From Candidatus Velesiimonas alkalicola (GTDB taxonomy: Bacteria; Omnitrophota; Gorgyraeia; Velesiimonadales; Velesiimonadaceae), in assembly GCA_013626165.1 (NCBI GenBank), contig NDHX01000002.1:64639-128638 (forward strand): a DNA stretch of 64,000 bases. Direction: 5' to 3'. The translations under genes were made by a program, and so were the position numbers. Each line of letters opens with the position of its first letter. Position 1 is the first letter of the stretch. Positions 1-11,224 of this stretch are shown here, piece after piece. The notes under the pieces are model-generated. The model was given only the letters and a program-made list of their open reading frames with translations, searched no databases and was not told the origin of the DNA.

Positions 1-151
1 CATATCTTTTCTTTAGACTTTTTAAGATATACATATTCCCCCAGAGCTTTATCTAAGCAAGGATAAAACAGACAGTAGCAAAATGTACAGTCCTGTAGTC
101 TCTTATGGCAGGGAAAATACTTACAGGCAGTGTTAATTCTTTTTATACTTT

Positions 152-1267
152 TTATGTTATGTATTCTCTTTTTATCCGGTTTTTTATACTGCATACTATC
201 TCATAAGGAATTGTTTTTGCAAATCCCGCAAGTTCTTCAGCAGAAACAATGTTCTGCTTCTGGTTCCCTAAAATCACTACTTCCGTTTTTTTAGTTATAG
301 ATGGAATATCTGTAACATCAATTATCGTCTGGTCCATACATACTCTTCCGAGAACCTTACACCTTTTCCCATGTACAAGTACACTTGAAAGATTTGAAAA
401 AAGTCTGTTATATCCGTTGGCATAACCAATAGGAAGTATTGCAATCTTCATTTTCTTTGGTGTTATAAATGTATGTCCATATGAAATCCCTTTTCCTTTT
501 TCAATATCTTTTATAAACATCGGATATGTTATCCATTTCATTGCAGGATAAAAAAGATTTCTATATTTCTTATCCTTGCAGGGAGATAACCCATAAAGTG
601 TAAGACCGGGTCTTACCATATCAAATTCTGCTTCCGGAAACTTTAATATACCTGCACTGTTTAAAAGATGACAGATAGGCGGTTTCAAACCTTTCTCTTG
701 AAGAAGGCTGACAACTTGTGAAAATCTGTTTATCTGTTCTTTAGAAACCACTTTTTTTATACTATCAGCACAGGCTAAATGGCTATATATTCCCTCTAAA
801 TAAACCTTCTTGATTTTTTTTATACCTTCAACAATCTTTAATGCATCCTTATACCAGTGTCCAAGTCTTCCCATCCCGGTATCAATTTTAAGATGAAGAT
901 TTACAATGAGATTTTTATTTTTTAAGGTTTTTGCAATATCCTCTGCATCCTTTACATCACACACACTCAAAGACACACTGTTTTTTGCTGCTGTATATGA
1001 AAATTCCGGATGAACAATAGCAAATATAAGAATTGGAGTTCTTATATTATTTGTTCTTAACTGTATTGACTCATCAGCACTTGATACACCAAAAAAATCA
1101 ACCTTATTCTTTAAAAAATTAGCAAGCCCCAAAAGCCCATGCCCATATGCATTTGCTTTGATTACTGCCATAACCTTTGTGTTTTTAGAAATCCTTGATA
1201 TTAAAAAATTCAGATTTTTCTCCACTGCTGTAAGGTCTATTATTATTTTGGTTTGACAAATTTCCAT
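152..1267 (-). CDS. alr: alanine racemase
   Basis: 371 aa; PLP-site motif VIKANAYGHG near the N-terminus; length and overall pattern typical of Alr. Confidence 0.85.
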   Translation of the reverse strand: MEICQTKIIIDLTAVEKNLNFLISRISKNTKVMAVIKANAYGHGLLGLANFLKNKVDFFGVSSADESIQLRTNNIRTPILIFAIVHPEFSYTAAKNSVSLSVCDVKDAEDIAKTLKNKNLIVNLHLKIDTGMGRLGHWYKDALKIVEGIKKIKKVYLEGIYSHLACADSIKKVVSKEQINRFSQVVSLLQEKGLKPPICHLLNSAGILKFPEAEFDMVRPGLTLYGLSPCKDKKYRNLFYPAMKWITYPMFIKDIEKGKGISYGHTFITPKKMKIAILPIGYANGYNRLFSNLSSVLVHGKRCKVLGRVCMDQTIIDVTDIPSITKKTEVVILGNQKQNIVSAEELAGFAKTIPYEIVCSIKNRIKREYIT

Positions 1268-1544
1268 ACATTAATCTCAAGATGGGACCTTACCAGAACG
1301 GATTTGTTTAAGATGTGATAAAAAAACAGTTGACGGTTTCTTTAAGTTCATTAAGACTACCTGATTTTACTATTACAGTTTTTACATTATATTCTATTTC
1401 TGTGAGTGCTCATTTACACGGTCTTTTTAAGTTTTGATTATCTTCAACAATAGTTTCTGTTCCTTTTTTTAATGGTAAGAGTATAACATATTTTTTCTAA
1501 AAAAACAAGATAAAATAAAAATTTTTCAGTATATAATACTATCT

Positions 1545-2465
1545 ATGAAAAAAATAAATATTGCTGTAATAGGGCTTGGACACCTAGGTTCTGTTCATAC
1601 TGATATATATTCAAATATAAAGGATGTAAAACTTGTGGGTGTGTGCGATATAAATCCTCAAAAAGTATCGGAGTTCACAAAAAAATATAATATACAAGGG
1701 TGTACAGATATAAGATACCTGTTTGACAAAGTTGATGCGGTAAGTATTGTTGTCCCTACTGTTTGCCATTATAAGGTTGCGTATCCGTTTTTAGAAAGAG
1801 GCATTCCCGTTTTTCTTGAAAAACCTATGACAGCAACACCTGAACAGGCTTTATCTTTATTTAATATCACTAAAAAAACAAATACAATCCTGCAGATAGG
1901 ACATATTGAAAGGTTTAATCCTGCTATACAATTTATAAGAAAGGTTACAAAAAATCCCCGCTTTGTTGAATGCCACAGACTTGCCCCTTACAGACCAAGA
2001 GGCACAGATGTAAGCGTAATTCTTGACCTTATGATACATGATATTGATATTATTCTTACTCTGATAAATTCTAAAATTAGAAAAATAAATGCTGTTGGAA
2101 CCCCTGTTCTTTCTAAAGAAGAGGATATTGCAAATGTAAGGATTGAGTTTGAAAATGGTGCTGTTGCAAATCTTACAGCAAGCAGAATCTCTTCCAAGTC
2201 TATGAGAAAAATAAGACTCTTTGAACGCAATATGTATATAAGTATTGATTATAGTGCGCAAACCGCAGTCTTATACAAAAAGGTAAATAATCAGATCCTG
2301 AAAAAAGATATACCAATACAAAAAGAACAGCCACTCCAAAAAGAAATAGTGTCTTTTATAAATTGTGTAAGAAATAAGACACAGCCTGTGGTATCTGGTA
2401 AAGAGGGCTTTGAAGCAGTAAAACTTGCATTCAAAATAATAAGGAATATCAGAAGAAATGGATAA
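1545..2465 (+). CDS. Gfo/Idh/MocA-family NAD(P)-dependent oxidoreductase (possibly GnnA-like UDP-GlcNAc 3-dehydrogenase)
   Basis: N-terminal Rossmann motif IAVIGLGHLGSVH; 306 aa; overlaps lpxB start by 8 nt (operonic). Confidence 0.65.
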   Translation: MKKINIAVIGLGHLGSVHTDIYSNIKDVKLVGVCDINPQKVSEFTKKYNIQGCTDIRYLFDKVDAVSIVVPTVCHYKVAYPFLERGIPVFLEKPMTATPEQALSLFNITKKTNTILQIGHIERFNPAIQFIRKVTKNPRFVECHRLAPYRPRGTDVSVILDLMIHDIDIILTLINSKIRKINAVGTPVLSKEEDIANVRIEFENGAVANLTASRISSKSMRKIRLFERNMYISIDYSAQTAVLYKKVNNQILKKDIPIQKEQPLQKEIVSFINCVRNKTQPVVSGKEGFEAVKLAFKIIRNIRRNG

Positions 2466-3600
2466 AAAGATTTTTTTTATCTCCGGCGAGGCATCAGGGG
2501 ACCTGTTGGCAGGTTTTCTTATAAAAGAATTAATTAGTCTTGACCCATCAGTAAAAATAAGGGGGATCGGCGGGGAAAGAATGAAAAGCCAGGGGATGGA
2601 TGTTATTCTGCCGGTGGAAAAATTAGGTGTAACAGGTTTTCTTGAAGTTATAGGTAAGATAAATCTTTTGAAGTTCGCTTTTAATAAATGTATAAAAGAC
2701 TTTGAAAAAGAAAAACCTGATGCCGTTGTTCTTGTTGATTATCCTGGTTTTAATTTAAGAATTGCAAGAGAGGCAAAAAAAAGGAACATTCCGGTAATAT
2801 ATTTTATAAGCCCGCAAGTATGGGCGTGGGGCATAAAAAGAATTGGACTTATAAAAAAATATGTAGACCTTATGATAGTTGTATTCAGATTTGAAGAACA
2901 GATATACAAAAAACATAATATCCCTGTAAGATTTGTAGGTCACCCATTGCTTGATATTGTAAAACCAGAACACAACAGAACACTTTTCAGAAAGATAAAT
3001 AATATTCCGCAAGGTACAAATGTTGTGGCAATACTTCCCGGCTCTCGTTCAAATGAAATCAATAAGATCTTACCTGTATTTCTATCTTCTGCAGAGATCA
3101 TAAAAAAAGAATTTCAAGATTCTATATTTTTTATTGCCCAATCGCCGTTTCTTAAAAAAGATATATATCAGAAATACTTACAAAAACACAACCTACCGGT
3201 AATAATAAGCGGCTCAACATATGACATACTGAATGCATCGGATTTTGCACTTGTTTGTTCAGGCACAGCAACGCTTGAAACAGCAATAATCAACACCCCT
3301 ATGATTGTGGCATATAAACTGTCTTTTTTAAGTTTTCTTATTGCAAAAAACCTTGTTAAAATAAAAAATATTGCAATGGTGAATGTGGTCGCAGAGAAAA
3401 AAATAGTAGATGAGTATGTTCAAGGCCGAGCAACACAAGAAAACATAGCAAGACGGGCTATAGCAATATTAAAAGACAAAGAAATATACACAAAGATTAA
3501 AAATGATTTAAAAAATGTGAAAGATATGTTAGGCCAAGGTGGTGCCTGTAAAGAGGCTGCAAAAGAGATTGTAGATTTTCTTAACAAACAGGTATGTTAG
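2458..3600 (+). CDS. lpxB: lipid-A-disaccharide synthase
   Basis: N-terminal IFFISGEASGDLLAG motif and ~380 aa length characteristic of LpxB. Confidence 0.85.
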   Translation: MDKKIFFISGEASGDLLAGFLIKELISLDPSVKIRGIGGERMKSQGMDVILPVEKLGVTGFLEVIGKINLLKFAFNKCIKDFEKEKPDAVVLVDYPGFNLRIAREAKKRNIPVIYFISPQVWAWGIKRIGLIKKYVDLMIVVFRFEEQIYKKHNIPVRFVGHPLLDIVKPEHNRTLFRKINNIPQGTNVVAILPGSRSNEINKILPVFLSSAEIIKKEFQDSIFFIAQSPFLKKDIYQKYLQKHNLPVIISGSTYDILNASDFALVCSGTATLETAIINTPMIVAYKLSFLSFLIAKNLVKIKNIAMVNVVAEKKIVDEYVQGRATQENIARRAIAILKDKEIYTKIKNDLKNVKDMLGQGGACKEAAKEIVDFLNKQVC

Positions 3601-3602
3601 GG

Positions 3603-4511
3603 CTATAATATTTTGTCAATCTCTTCTACAAGTTTTAAATCCTCTTCAATACTTCTTCCTTTTAGTGTAAGATACCCGCCTATGAGCATACCATTTGCAC
3701 CGGACATAAATCCCAGGGCTTGAAAATCTTTTAGTATGGTTTCTCTTCCTGCTGCAATCTTTATTATTTTATCTTTTAAGATTATACGAAACATTGCAAT
3801 CGTCCTTATTGCATCAGAACAGGACAAAGGAGCCGCATCCTGTAAGGCAGTGCCCTTTATCGGAACAAGTATATTCAACGGAACAGAATCTACATCCATT
3901 TTTTTCAAAGTCAGAGCCATTGATATCCTATCTTCCCAATCTTCACCCATGCCTATTATCCCGCCACTGCAAACCTGTAATCCAACGGATTTTGCCGCTG
4001 TTATTGTATCAATCCTTTCCTGAAATGTATGTGTGCTTACAATATTTTTAAAATATCTTTCTGATGTTTCTATATTATGATGATACCTTGAAAGCCCGGC
4101 ACTTTTTAAAATTGCAAGTTCATCTTTTCTTAATTTCCCAAGAGAAGCGCATATATCTATACGGATAGATTTTTTAATCTCACATACTGCATCTACAACA
4201 TTTTTCAATTCTTGTTTTGAAAGACTGTTGCCGCTTGCGACAATATCAAATCTATGTGCTCCTATTTTTTTTGCTACCCTTGCAGACTCTAAAATCTCTT
4301 CTTTACTTTTTAAAGGATATACAGAAACACCCGTGGAATGATGGCAGGATTGAGCACAAAACTTACAATCTTCACTGCAGATACCTGACTTGGCATTCAT
4401 TATATTGCAAAGTTCTATCTTTGAATTAGAATATTTTCTTCTGATATTATCTGCAATATGCACAACCTCAGATAGAGGCAAATTTACATATTTTATAAAT
4501 TCATCATACAC
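3603..4511 (-). CDS. bioB: biotin synthase (radical SAM)
   Basis: CSEDCKFCAQS CxxxCxxC motif; RYHHNIETS motif resembling the BioB YNHNLDTS block; 302 aa. Confidence 0.8.
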   Translation of the reverse strand: MYDEFIKYVNLPLSEVVHIADNIRRKYSNSKIELCNIMNAKSGICSEDCKFCAQSCHHSTGVSVYPLKSKEEILESARVAKKIGAHRFDIVASGNSLSKQELKNVVDAVCEIKKSIRIDICASLGKLRKDELAILKSAGLSRYHHNIETSERYFKNIVSTHTFQERIDTITAAKSVGLQVCSGGIIGMGEDWEDRISMALTLKKMDVDSVPLNILVPIKGTALQDAAPLSCSDAIRTIAMFRIILKDKIIKIAAGRETILKDFQALGFMSGANGMLIGGYLTLKGRSIEEDLKLVEEIDKIL

Positions 4512-5278
4512 AGTATCTTCCCCAGTTTCTTCCTGTGTTCCTCACACAATCCAACACCCCTTTGTAATTGACATTCTAACATTTCTTTCTGCCAGTGAGC
4601 ATTGTAGAGTCTACACATTTTATCGGAACAAAAAGGCTCTCCTGTCCAATGAAAGAATATGGCCTGTAAGATATAACCAGGAATAATTTTATTTATCCTT
4701 TTATCATCAATTAACAGATAGTTTTTTTCTAAAACTTTTTCTAAACCTGCATCAAGAGCAGGACTTACTTTTGACAAGGCAAATTTTATTCTGTAATAGG
4801 AAGAAACTTTTGCAGGGCCTTCAACAAGGCCCGTGGTTGAGACAATAGCGGGATTCCCAAGAATTATTGTTCTTGCATGATACCTTCCATCCTGTCCCAT
4901 TGTGCACATCAGCCTATCAGTAATATATATAAACAAGAAAGGGTCATTATATATTTTTCTTAATATGTGTTGAAACATAAAACCATCATATAATAACCCT
5001 TTTAATACCTGTGTCTTTTTTGTTAAAATTCTGTATTCAAGACTTATCTCTGCTGGAAAAGGCTTTTGTTTGGGATTGCTCATTTTAGCAATATCCGTTA
5101 TTCTGCATAGCGCAATCCTGCATGCCAGTTCTTCTGATATAAAAGGTTTCAGGATTTCATCTTTTATCGCAAAATTAAATGATTTTAAGTATTTTTTACA
5201 TCTTTTTGTTATATCGGACAGAATTATATTCTTCCAACATCCGTCATACTGAATTATAGTTTTACTTTTTTTCTTCAT
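4493..5278 (-). CDS. hypothetical protein with C-terminal Cys-rich (zinc-ribbon-like) segment
   Basis: 261 aa ORF between thi4 and bioB; coding-like composition; no family recognised from sequence alone. Confidence 0.4.
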   Translation of the reverse strand: MKKKSKTIIQYDGCWKNIILSDITKRCKKYLKSFNFAIKDEILKPFISEELACRIALCRITDIAKMSNPKQKPFPAEISLEYRILTKKTQVLKGLLYDGFMFQHILRKIYNDPFLFIYITDRLMCTMGQDGRYHARTIILGNPAIVSTTGLVEGPAKVSSYYRIKFALSKVSPALDAGLEKVLEKNYLLIDDKRINKIIPGYILQAIFFHWTGEPFCSDKMCRLYNAHWQKEMLECQLQRGVGLCEEHRKKLGKILCMMNL

Positions 5279-6095
5279 TCAGAAGTTTCAATATAACCTC
5301 TGCGGCCTTTTTCCCTGAAAGAAGCATGCCTCCGAATGTCGGCCCCATTCTGGGAAGACCGTAGGCTGTTGAAACTGCCATACCGCTTACAACAAGGCCG
5401 GGGTGAATCTCTCCAGTGTGTTCAACAATAAGATCTTCTGACATTTCAACCCACATTGCGCCATATCCTTTTGTTTTTATTATTTCTCTTTCTTCAAGTT
5501 TTTTTATAACAACTGCATCGTGTCCGCTTGCATCAAGAACCACTTTTGACTCAAGGCCAACAGGGTCTACACAGGTAATCTGTCTTGGCAAGGCCTGAAC
5601 AGGTGTCCAGTTTATAACTGCACCACACACCCTGTTATCCTGCCTGACAACCACATCTTCAAACACAGTCATATTTGCAAACTTTACACCCGCATCACAA
5701 GCTGCCGCAATTAATTTTGAACATGCATAAGGACCATCTGCAACAAAAAGCCCTTTAATTACTTCTTTGTGAGGGATTTTAAGTTCTTTAAGAACCTTCT
5801 GGGCTGGCGCTCTTACTGTAAGTTTGTTCATAAGATACCCACCTATCCAAAAGCCACCTCCTAAATAATTGTTTCTTTCTACAATAAAAACCTTTTTCTT
5901 TTTTGCGGCAAGTTCTTTTCCAGCCATAAGCCCGCTTGGGCCCGCTCCAACAATCAGGCAATCGCTTTCTATGTGCTCCTTAAACTCATCTGCAAATTCC
6001 CCAACAATTGCTCTTGTGATTTCTTTTTCACCAACCGCACTAAATAAAGCCTTTTTCACCATAACCCTCCTTTCTATAAATTTGCACCACAACAT
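5262..6095 (-). CDS. thi4: Thi4-family thiazole synthase (sulfide-dependent type)
   Basis: FAD/NAD dinucleotide-binding motif [14 protein letters not shown]; blocks [21 protein letters not shown] and SGHD typical of the Thi4 family. Confidence 0.7.
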   Translation of the reverse strand: MLWCKFIERRVMVKKALFSAVGEKEITRAIVGEFADEFKEHIESDCLIVGAGPSGLMAGKELAAKKKKVFIVERNNYLGGGFWIGGYLMNKLTVRAPAQKVLKELKIPHKEVIKGLFVADGPYACSKLIAAACDAGVKFANMTVFEDVVVRQDNRVCGAVINWTPVQALPRQITCVDPVGLESKVVLDASGHDAVVIKKLEEREIIKTKGYGAMWVEMSEDLIVEHTGEIHPGLVVSGMAVSTAYGLPRMGPTFGGMLLSGKKAAEVILKLLNEEKK

Positions 6096-9000
6096 TTCTT
6101 ATATTTTTTCCCGCTTCCGCAAGGGCAGGGGTCGTTCCTGCCAACCTTGGGTGTTTGTCTTTTATATTGAGAAGAACCTGCAAGGGTGATGGGAATATTC
6201 TCCGTAAGTGCTGTTCTGGTGGATTTACCAACAGCAGGGGCAAATTCTTTTTCTTTTCCAAAATGCAATGTTTGCGGATGCAAAAATTGTCTTATAAGAC
6301 TTACAGGCATTTTTTCAGATACCATAAATGATTTAAATACCCTGACTATTATTTCTAATTTCATCTGCTTTAAAAGTTCTGAAAACATAGAATGCGCCTC
6401 GTGCTTGTATTCTATAAGCGGGTCTCTCTGTCCATATGCCCTTAAACTTACTCCTTCTCTGAGTCCATCCATTGCATAAAGATGCTCTTTCCACTTCATA
6501 TCAATAACTGTAAGCATGGACATCTTCTCTATAAAACGCATGCTATCAGAACCTATGAGTTTTTCTTTTTCATCATAAGCAGAATGCGCGATATTAACAA
6601 TATGTTCAAATATGCCTTCCCTGTCTTTTTCTTTTAAGTCCTCAGATTTAAGACTTACGGGAAAATGGGCTCTTATTCTTTGCACAAGTTCTTCAATATT
6701 TTCTATTTCTTTTTCATCAGGTAAATATTCAAAAATTATTTCTTCTATTGCCTCATCTATCATATTGAGTATGTGGAGTTTTAAATTATTTTCTTCAAGT
6801 GCAATCCTTCTTTCTTCATATATAACTTCTCTTTGACGATTCATCACATTGTCATATTCAAGAAGTCTTTTTCTTATTTCAAAGTTCTGTGTTTCTACTC
6901 TTTTCTGTGCAATTCCGATCGAACGTGTAACTATACCGTGTGCAATCTGTTGTCCATCTTCCACACCCATACGGCTCATAAGACCTGATATCCTGTCAGA
7001 GCCAAAAAGTCTCATAAGGTCATCTTCCAAAGAAAGATAAAATCTTGAAGAGCCCGGATCTCCCTGTCTTCCAGAACGTCCTCTTAACTGTCTATCTATC
7101 CTTCTTGCTTCATGTCTTTCGGTTCCAACAATTGCAAGACCTAAATTATAATCCATAACTGCCTCTTGTTTTTTATTAACGCCTCTGCCAAACCTTGCAA
7201 CCATTGGTTTTTTGTTAGTATTAAAATTTACACTTATTCCATCTGGTTCTAAACTTTTAATAGCCTTTTTGAATACTCCCGTTTCAATGTCTGTCCAGAC
7301 ATTTACAGATATGTTTGTATTGTTTAAAGACTTTTTAACCTGTTCTATGACAGCACAAGAAACAGTCTCTGAAAGACGGGAATCTAACCTTATATCTGTT
7401 CCTCTTCCTGCCATATTTGTCGCTATCGTAACAGAACCAATCTGACCTGCCTTTGCAATAATATGTGCTTCTTGTTGATGATATTTTGCATTAAGAACAT
7501 TATGAGAAATACCGCGCCTTCTTAACATCCTGCTTAATGTTTCAGAGACCTCAACTGATACAGTTCCCACAAGAACAGGTCTTTTTATATTGTAAAGATA
7601 TGCAATCTCATCTATTGCCGCATTGTACTTTTCCCTTTTTGTTTTGTAAATTACATCATCATAATCCTTTCTTACCATCGGCTTGTGTGTGGGTATGACA
7701 ACAACATCAAGTTTATATATTTCCCAGAACTCCTGTGCCTCTGTTTCGGCGGTTCCTGTCATACCGGCAAGTTTTTTATACATTCTAAAATAATTCTGCA
7801 ATGTAATCGTTGCAAGTGTCTGTGTTTCTCTTTCAATTGTAACAGATTCCTTTGCTTCAAGTGCCTCATGAAGCCCGTCACTGTATCTTCTTCCCGGCAT
7901 AAGACGGCCTGTGAACTCATCAACTATTATAACCTTACCATCCTGTATCACATATTCAACATCTTTCTCAAAAAGTGTATATGCCTTTAACAATTGTGAG
8001 ATATTATGTATTCTTTCTCCTTTTACAAGAGATTCCTGTTCAAGGCTTGTTCTTTTCTGGATTTTTTGTTCAGGGGTTAAAGATTTTTCAGACTCAAGTA
8101 TAGCAATCTCTTCATGTATATCTGAAAGCACAAACATATTTGGATCGTTGGGAGAAATCTCTCTTCTTCCTTGTTCAGAAAGATCCGCACTGTGCCCTTT
8201 TTCATCTATTGCGAAAAACAGGTCCTCATCCAGGGTATGAAGTTTCTTATCTCTTATAAAATCAAGTTCTACCTTTCCCATTAAATCTATATTTTTTTTA
8301 TCCTGCAACAACTTCATAAGTTTTTTATTTTTGGGAGCACCTCTTTTTGCCTGAAGCAGTTTTATACCTGCCTCGTAATTTTTCTCCGATGATAATAATT
8401 CCTCTGCCTGTGCAATTATATTGTTCACCAGAAGAGTTTGTTTTTTTACAATTCTTTCAACAGGGCCCTTTAGTTCATGGTACTTATGCGTTGAAACCTC
8501 AACAGGACCTGAAATAATAAGAGGTGTTCTCGCCTCATCAATAAGAACAGAGTCCACCTCATCAACTATTGCAAAAATATGTCCCCTCTGGACCCTGTCC
8601 TCTATCCTGGTTGCCATATTATCTCTTAAATAATCAAAACCAAATTCATTGTTTGTTCCATATGTAATATCACAATCATATTGAACCTTTCTTTGTGATG
8701 GCTCCATCTGGTTTTGTATACACCCAACAGTCAGCCCAAGAAACTCAAATATAGGTCCCATCCATTCTCTGTCACGCATTGCTAAATAATCGTTTACTGT
8801 TATAAGATGCGCACCCTTTCCAGTAAGAGCATTTAAGTACAAAGGCATAATAGCAGCAAGCGTTTTACCCTCACCTGTTGCCATTTCTGCAATTTTTCCC
8901 TCATTAAGTACTATTGCACCAATAATCTGGACATCAAAAGGAATCATATCCCACTTTGTTCCTATACCGCAAACATCCCATTCCCTTCCAACCATTCTTT

Positions 9001-9226
9001 TGCAGGCTTCTTTTACAACAACATATACCTCACACAGGATATCATCAAGGGTCTGACCTTGCTTTAGTCTGCTCTTAAACTCATCAGTTTTTGCCCTTAA
9101 ATGTTCATCTGAAAGATTTTTAATGCTATCTTCAAAAGACTTAACATTCTCTAATTTCTGATAAAGTCGTTTTAATTCTCTTGCATTTTTACTTGCAAAA
9201 ACCTTATGCATCAACCACTGCATCAT
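6074..9226 (-). CDS. secA: preprotein translocase ATPase SecA
   Basis: 1050 aa; DEAD-like motor motifs ([32 protein letters not shown]); C-terminal zinc-binding tail [14 protein letters not shown]. Confidence 0.95.
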   Translation of the reverse strand: MMQWLMHKVFASKNARELKRLYQKLENVKSFEDSIKNLSDEHLRAKTDEFKSRLKQGQTLDDILCEVYVVVKEACKRMVGREWDVCGIGTKWDMIPFDVQIIGAIVLNEGKIAEMATGEGKTLAAIMPLYLNALTGKGAHLITVNDYLAMRDREWMGPIFEFLGLTVGCIQNQMEPSQRKVQYDCDITYGTNNEFGFDYLRDNMATRIEDRVQRGHIFAIVDEVDSVLIDEARTPLIISGPVEVSTHKYHELKGPVERIVKKQTLLVNNIIAQAEELLSSEKNYEAGIKLLQAKRGAPKNKKLMKLLQDKKNIDLMGKVELDFIRDKKLHTLDEDLFFAIDEKGHSADLSEQGRREISPNDPNMFVLSDIHEEIAILESEKSLTPEQKIQKRTSLEQESLVKGERIHNISQLLKAYTLFEKDVEYVIQDGKVIIVDEFTGRLMPGRRYSDGLHEALEAKESVTIERETQTLATITLQNYFRMYKKLAGMTGTAETEAQEFWEIYKLDVVVIPTHKPMVRKDYDDVIYKTKREKYNAAIDEIAYLYNIKRPVLVGTVSVEVSETLSRMLRRRGISHNVLNAKYHQQEAHIIAKAGQIGSVTIATNMAGRGTDIRLDSRLSETVSCAVIEQVKKSLNNTNISVNVWTDIETGVFKKAIKSLEPDGISVNFNTNKKPMVARFGRGVNKKQEAVMDYNLGLAIVGTERHEARRIDRQLRGRSGRQGDPGSSRFYLSLEDDLMRLFGSDRISGLMSRMGVEDGQQIAHGIVTRSIGIAQKRVETQNFEIRKRLLEYDNVMNRQREVIYEERRIALEENNLKLHILNMIDEAIEEIIFEYLPDEKEIENIEELVQRIRAHFPVSLKSEDLKEKDREGIFEHIVNIAHSAYDEKEKLIGSDSMRFIEKMSMLTVIDMKWKEHLYAMDGLREGVSLRAYGQRDPLIEYKHEAHSMFSELLKQMKLEIIVRVFKSFMVSEKMPVSLIRQFLHPQTLHFGKEKEFAPAVGKSTRTALTENIPITLAGSSQYKRQTPKVGRNDPCPCGSGKKYKKCCGANL

Positions 9227-9257
9227 AGTCTACTTTTTCCCCTTATTTCTTACCCTG

Positions 9258-10064
9258 TTACTTTGTTTTTAACAGTTTTCCTTCCCTTGATGCTGTGATA
9301 TAATTCATACAATACTCATCTTTTCCAAGCAATGTTCCCGCTGCTTTTATTGTTGCCATCATAAGCCTATCCATAGGGTCTATAAGTGCCGATGTTAGTC
9401 CTCTGTCTATTGCCATTGCAACAAACACCGCATTTAAAAGCCCTCTTTCAGGAAGTCCAAAAGATATGTTTGAAAGACCACAGGTTGTTTTTGCTCCTAA
9501 TTTTGTAATTTCTTCAACTGCGTTCAAAAATGCAAGTGCCTGCTCTTGTTCTGTGCTAACAGGACGAACCAATGGGTCAAAGTATATTCTTTCTTTTGCT
9601 ACCTTCTGCTCTTCACACATCTTTATTATTTTTTTTGCAATCTGTATTCTTTCATCTGCTGTATGGGGCATACCTGTTTCATCCATAGTAAGCGCCACAA
9701 CATCGCAATCAAAACACTGGACAATAGGAAGAATGAGCCTTATCCTTTCCCGTTCCGCTGTAATGGAGTTTACAAGATATTTTTTTCCATTTTTTTTAAC
9801 AAGTTCAAGTCCTTTTTCAAGAGCCTTTGGATTTGGACTATCTATACAAAGAGGAACATCTGAAACCTCTTGTACAATTTTTACAAGCCACTTCATATCT
9901 TCAACCTCTCTCCCAACATTTGTTCCACAATTTATATCCAACATATCAGCTCCTGCGGAAGTTTGTTTCAGAGCAAGGTTTTTTATAAACTCTTCATCTT
10001 TTTTTTCAACCGCCTCAAATACAGACTTTCTTGAAGTGTTTATCTTTTCACCTATTACTATCAT
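9258..10064 (-). CDS. pterin-binding methyltransferase, AcsE/MeTr-like (methyltetrahydrofolate:corrinoid methyltransferase family)
   Basis: IGEKIN start motif; blocks EWLV..VQEVS..LC.DS, INS..ERE, LTM..G.P, YFDPL, GLSNISFG align with the AcsE/MeTr pterin-binding TIM barrel; 268 aa. Confidence 0.6.
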   Translation of the reverse strand: MIVIGEKINTSRKSVFEAVEKKDEEFIKNLALKQTSAGADMLDINCGTNVGREVEDMKWLVKIVQEVSDVPLCIDSPNPKALEKGLELVKKNGKKYLVNSITAERERIRLILPIVQCFDCDVVALTMDETGMPHTADERIQIAKKIIKMCEEQKVAKERIYFDPLVRPVSTEQEQALAFLNAVEEITKLGAKTTCGLSNISFGLPERGLLNAVFVAMAIDRGLTSALIDPMDRLMMATIKAAGTLLGKDEYCMNYITASREGKLLKTK

Positions 10065-10206
10065 TTCTCCTCTTTGTTTTTAAGGGTCTTTGACCCTGTC
10101 TCGTTGGGGTCATGAAATCCTTAAACGTTGCACTTCCTGGTTAAATGTAGCAATCTAAAATTTCTAATTTCTCATATTCTAATCTAAAACTTAAAATCTA
10201 AAACTT

Positions 10207-11202
10207 CTAATTTCCTTTCCCTATCCCTAAATCCGGAACCGCCGTTAAATCCATTGAGCTAAATCTACCCTGCTTAAAGTACTCCATCCCAAGTGCTGCA
10301 ATCATAACTGCATTATCCCTGCAAAGTGAAACATCGGGGAAATAGATAGGTATCCCTATTTTTTTTGTTTCCTGTTCCAAGCATTTTCTTAATCTTTCAT
10401 TTGAAACAACACCCCCTCCACACACAAGGCTTTGGACACTGTCCTGTTTAACTGCATCAATAGTTTTTTTTACAATAGCGCCCACAACCGCCTCCTGAAA
10501 AGATGCGGCAATATCTGAAATGTGTTTTTTTACAGTATTTTTTGCATAATAAAGAACAGATGTTTTAAGGCCACTAAAACTAAAATTATATTTTTTTTCT
10601 AATTTTGCTATCGGAAACTTTATAGCATCCTTCTTTCCATTTTTTGCAGCCTCCTGTAATTTGGGTCCTCCCGGATAACCTAATTTCAATATCTTTGCTA
10701 CCTTATCAAAGGTCTCACCAGCGGCATCATCTATTGTTGAACCTATAAGTTCAAATCTTTTCCATGATTTTATATGGACAAGGCTTGTGTGACCTCCTGA
10801 TACAACGAGCCCAATACCGGGTATCTTCGGAGGATTTTTAGTCAAAAAACAGACCCACAGGTGTGCTTCTAAATGGTTTATACCAATCAACGGCTTTTTT
10901 GAAGCCCAGCAAAGCCCTTTTGCAAATGATACACCAACAAGCAAAGCCCCTGCAAGTCCTGGCCCATATGTTACTGCAACCGCATCAATATCTTCAATTT
11001 TGACATTAGCCTGTCTGAGAGATTCCTGAACAACAGGCCATATACATTCAATATGTGCCCTGCAGGCAATTTCAGGAACAACCCCGCCATATTTCTCATG
11101 TAATGTATCACTGGAACTTACAATATCAGACAGTATATTTTTTTCTTCTATAACCGCAGATGCTGTATCATCACAGGATGTTTCAACCCCTAATATCTTC
11201 AT
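10207..11202 (-). CDS. tsaD: tRNA N6-adenosine threonylcarbamoyltransferase
   Basis: MKILGVETSCDDTASAVI N-terminus and HLEAH metal-binding motif typical of TsaD/Kae1. Confidence 0.9.
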   Translation of the reverse strand: MKILGVETSCDDTASAVIEEKNILSDIVSSSDTLHEKYGGVVPEIACRAHIECIWPVVQESLRQANVKIEDIDAVAVTYGPGLAGALLVGVSFAKGLCWASKKPLIGINHLEAHLWVCFLTKNPPKIPGIGLVVSGGHTSLVHIKSWKRFELIGSTIDDAAGETFDKVAKILKLGYPGGPKLQEAAKNGKKDAIKFPIAKLEKKYNFSFSGLKTSVLYYAKNTVKKHISDIAASFQEAVVGAIVKKTIDAVKQDSVQSLVCGGGVVSNERLRKCLEQETKKIGIPIYFPDVSLCRDNAVMIAALGMEYFKQGRFSSMDLTAVPDLGIGKGN

Positions 11203-11224
11203 AAAACCTTTTGTTTAGAGCCTG

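Noticed and set aside
6186-8633. Multiple 60-110-aa ORFs on the plus strand inside secA (e.g. 6186..6479, 7685..7990, 7911..8240)
   Set aside because: They are antisense to a strongly supported 1050-aa SecA reading frame and have low-complexity, Ser/Cys/Phe-rich translations typical of antisense frames in AT-rich DNA.
10120-10206. Possible CRISPR array (short AT-rich repeats)
   Set aside because: Only two to three irregular ~19-nt units without uniform spacers and no cas genes in the window. No other CRISPR-like periodicity was seen anywhere in the 64 kb.
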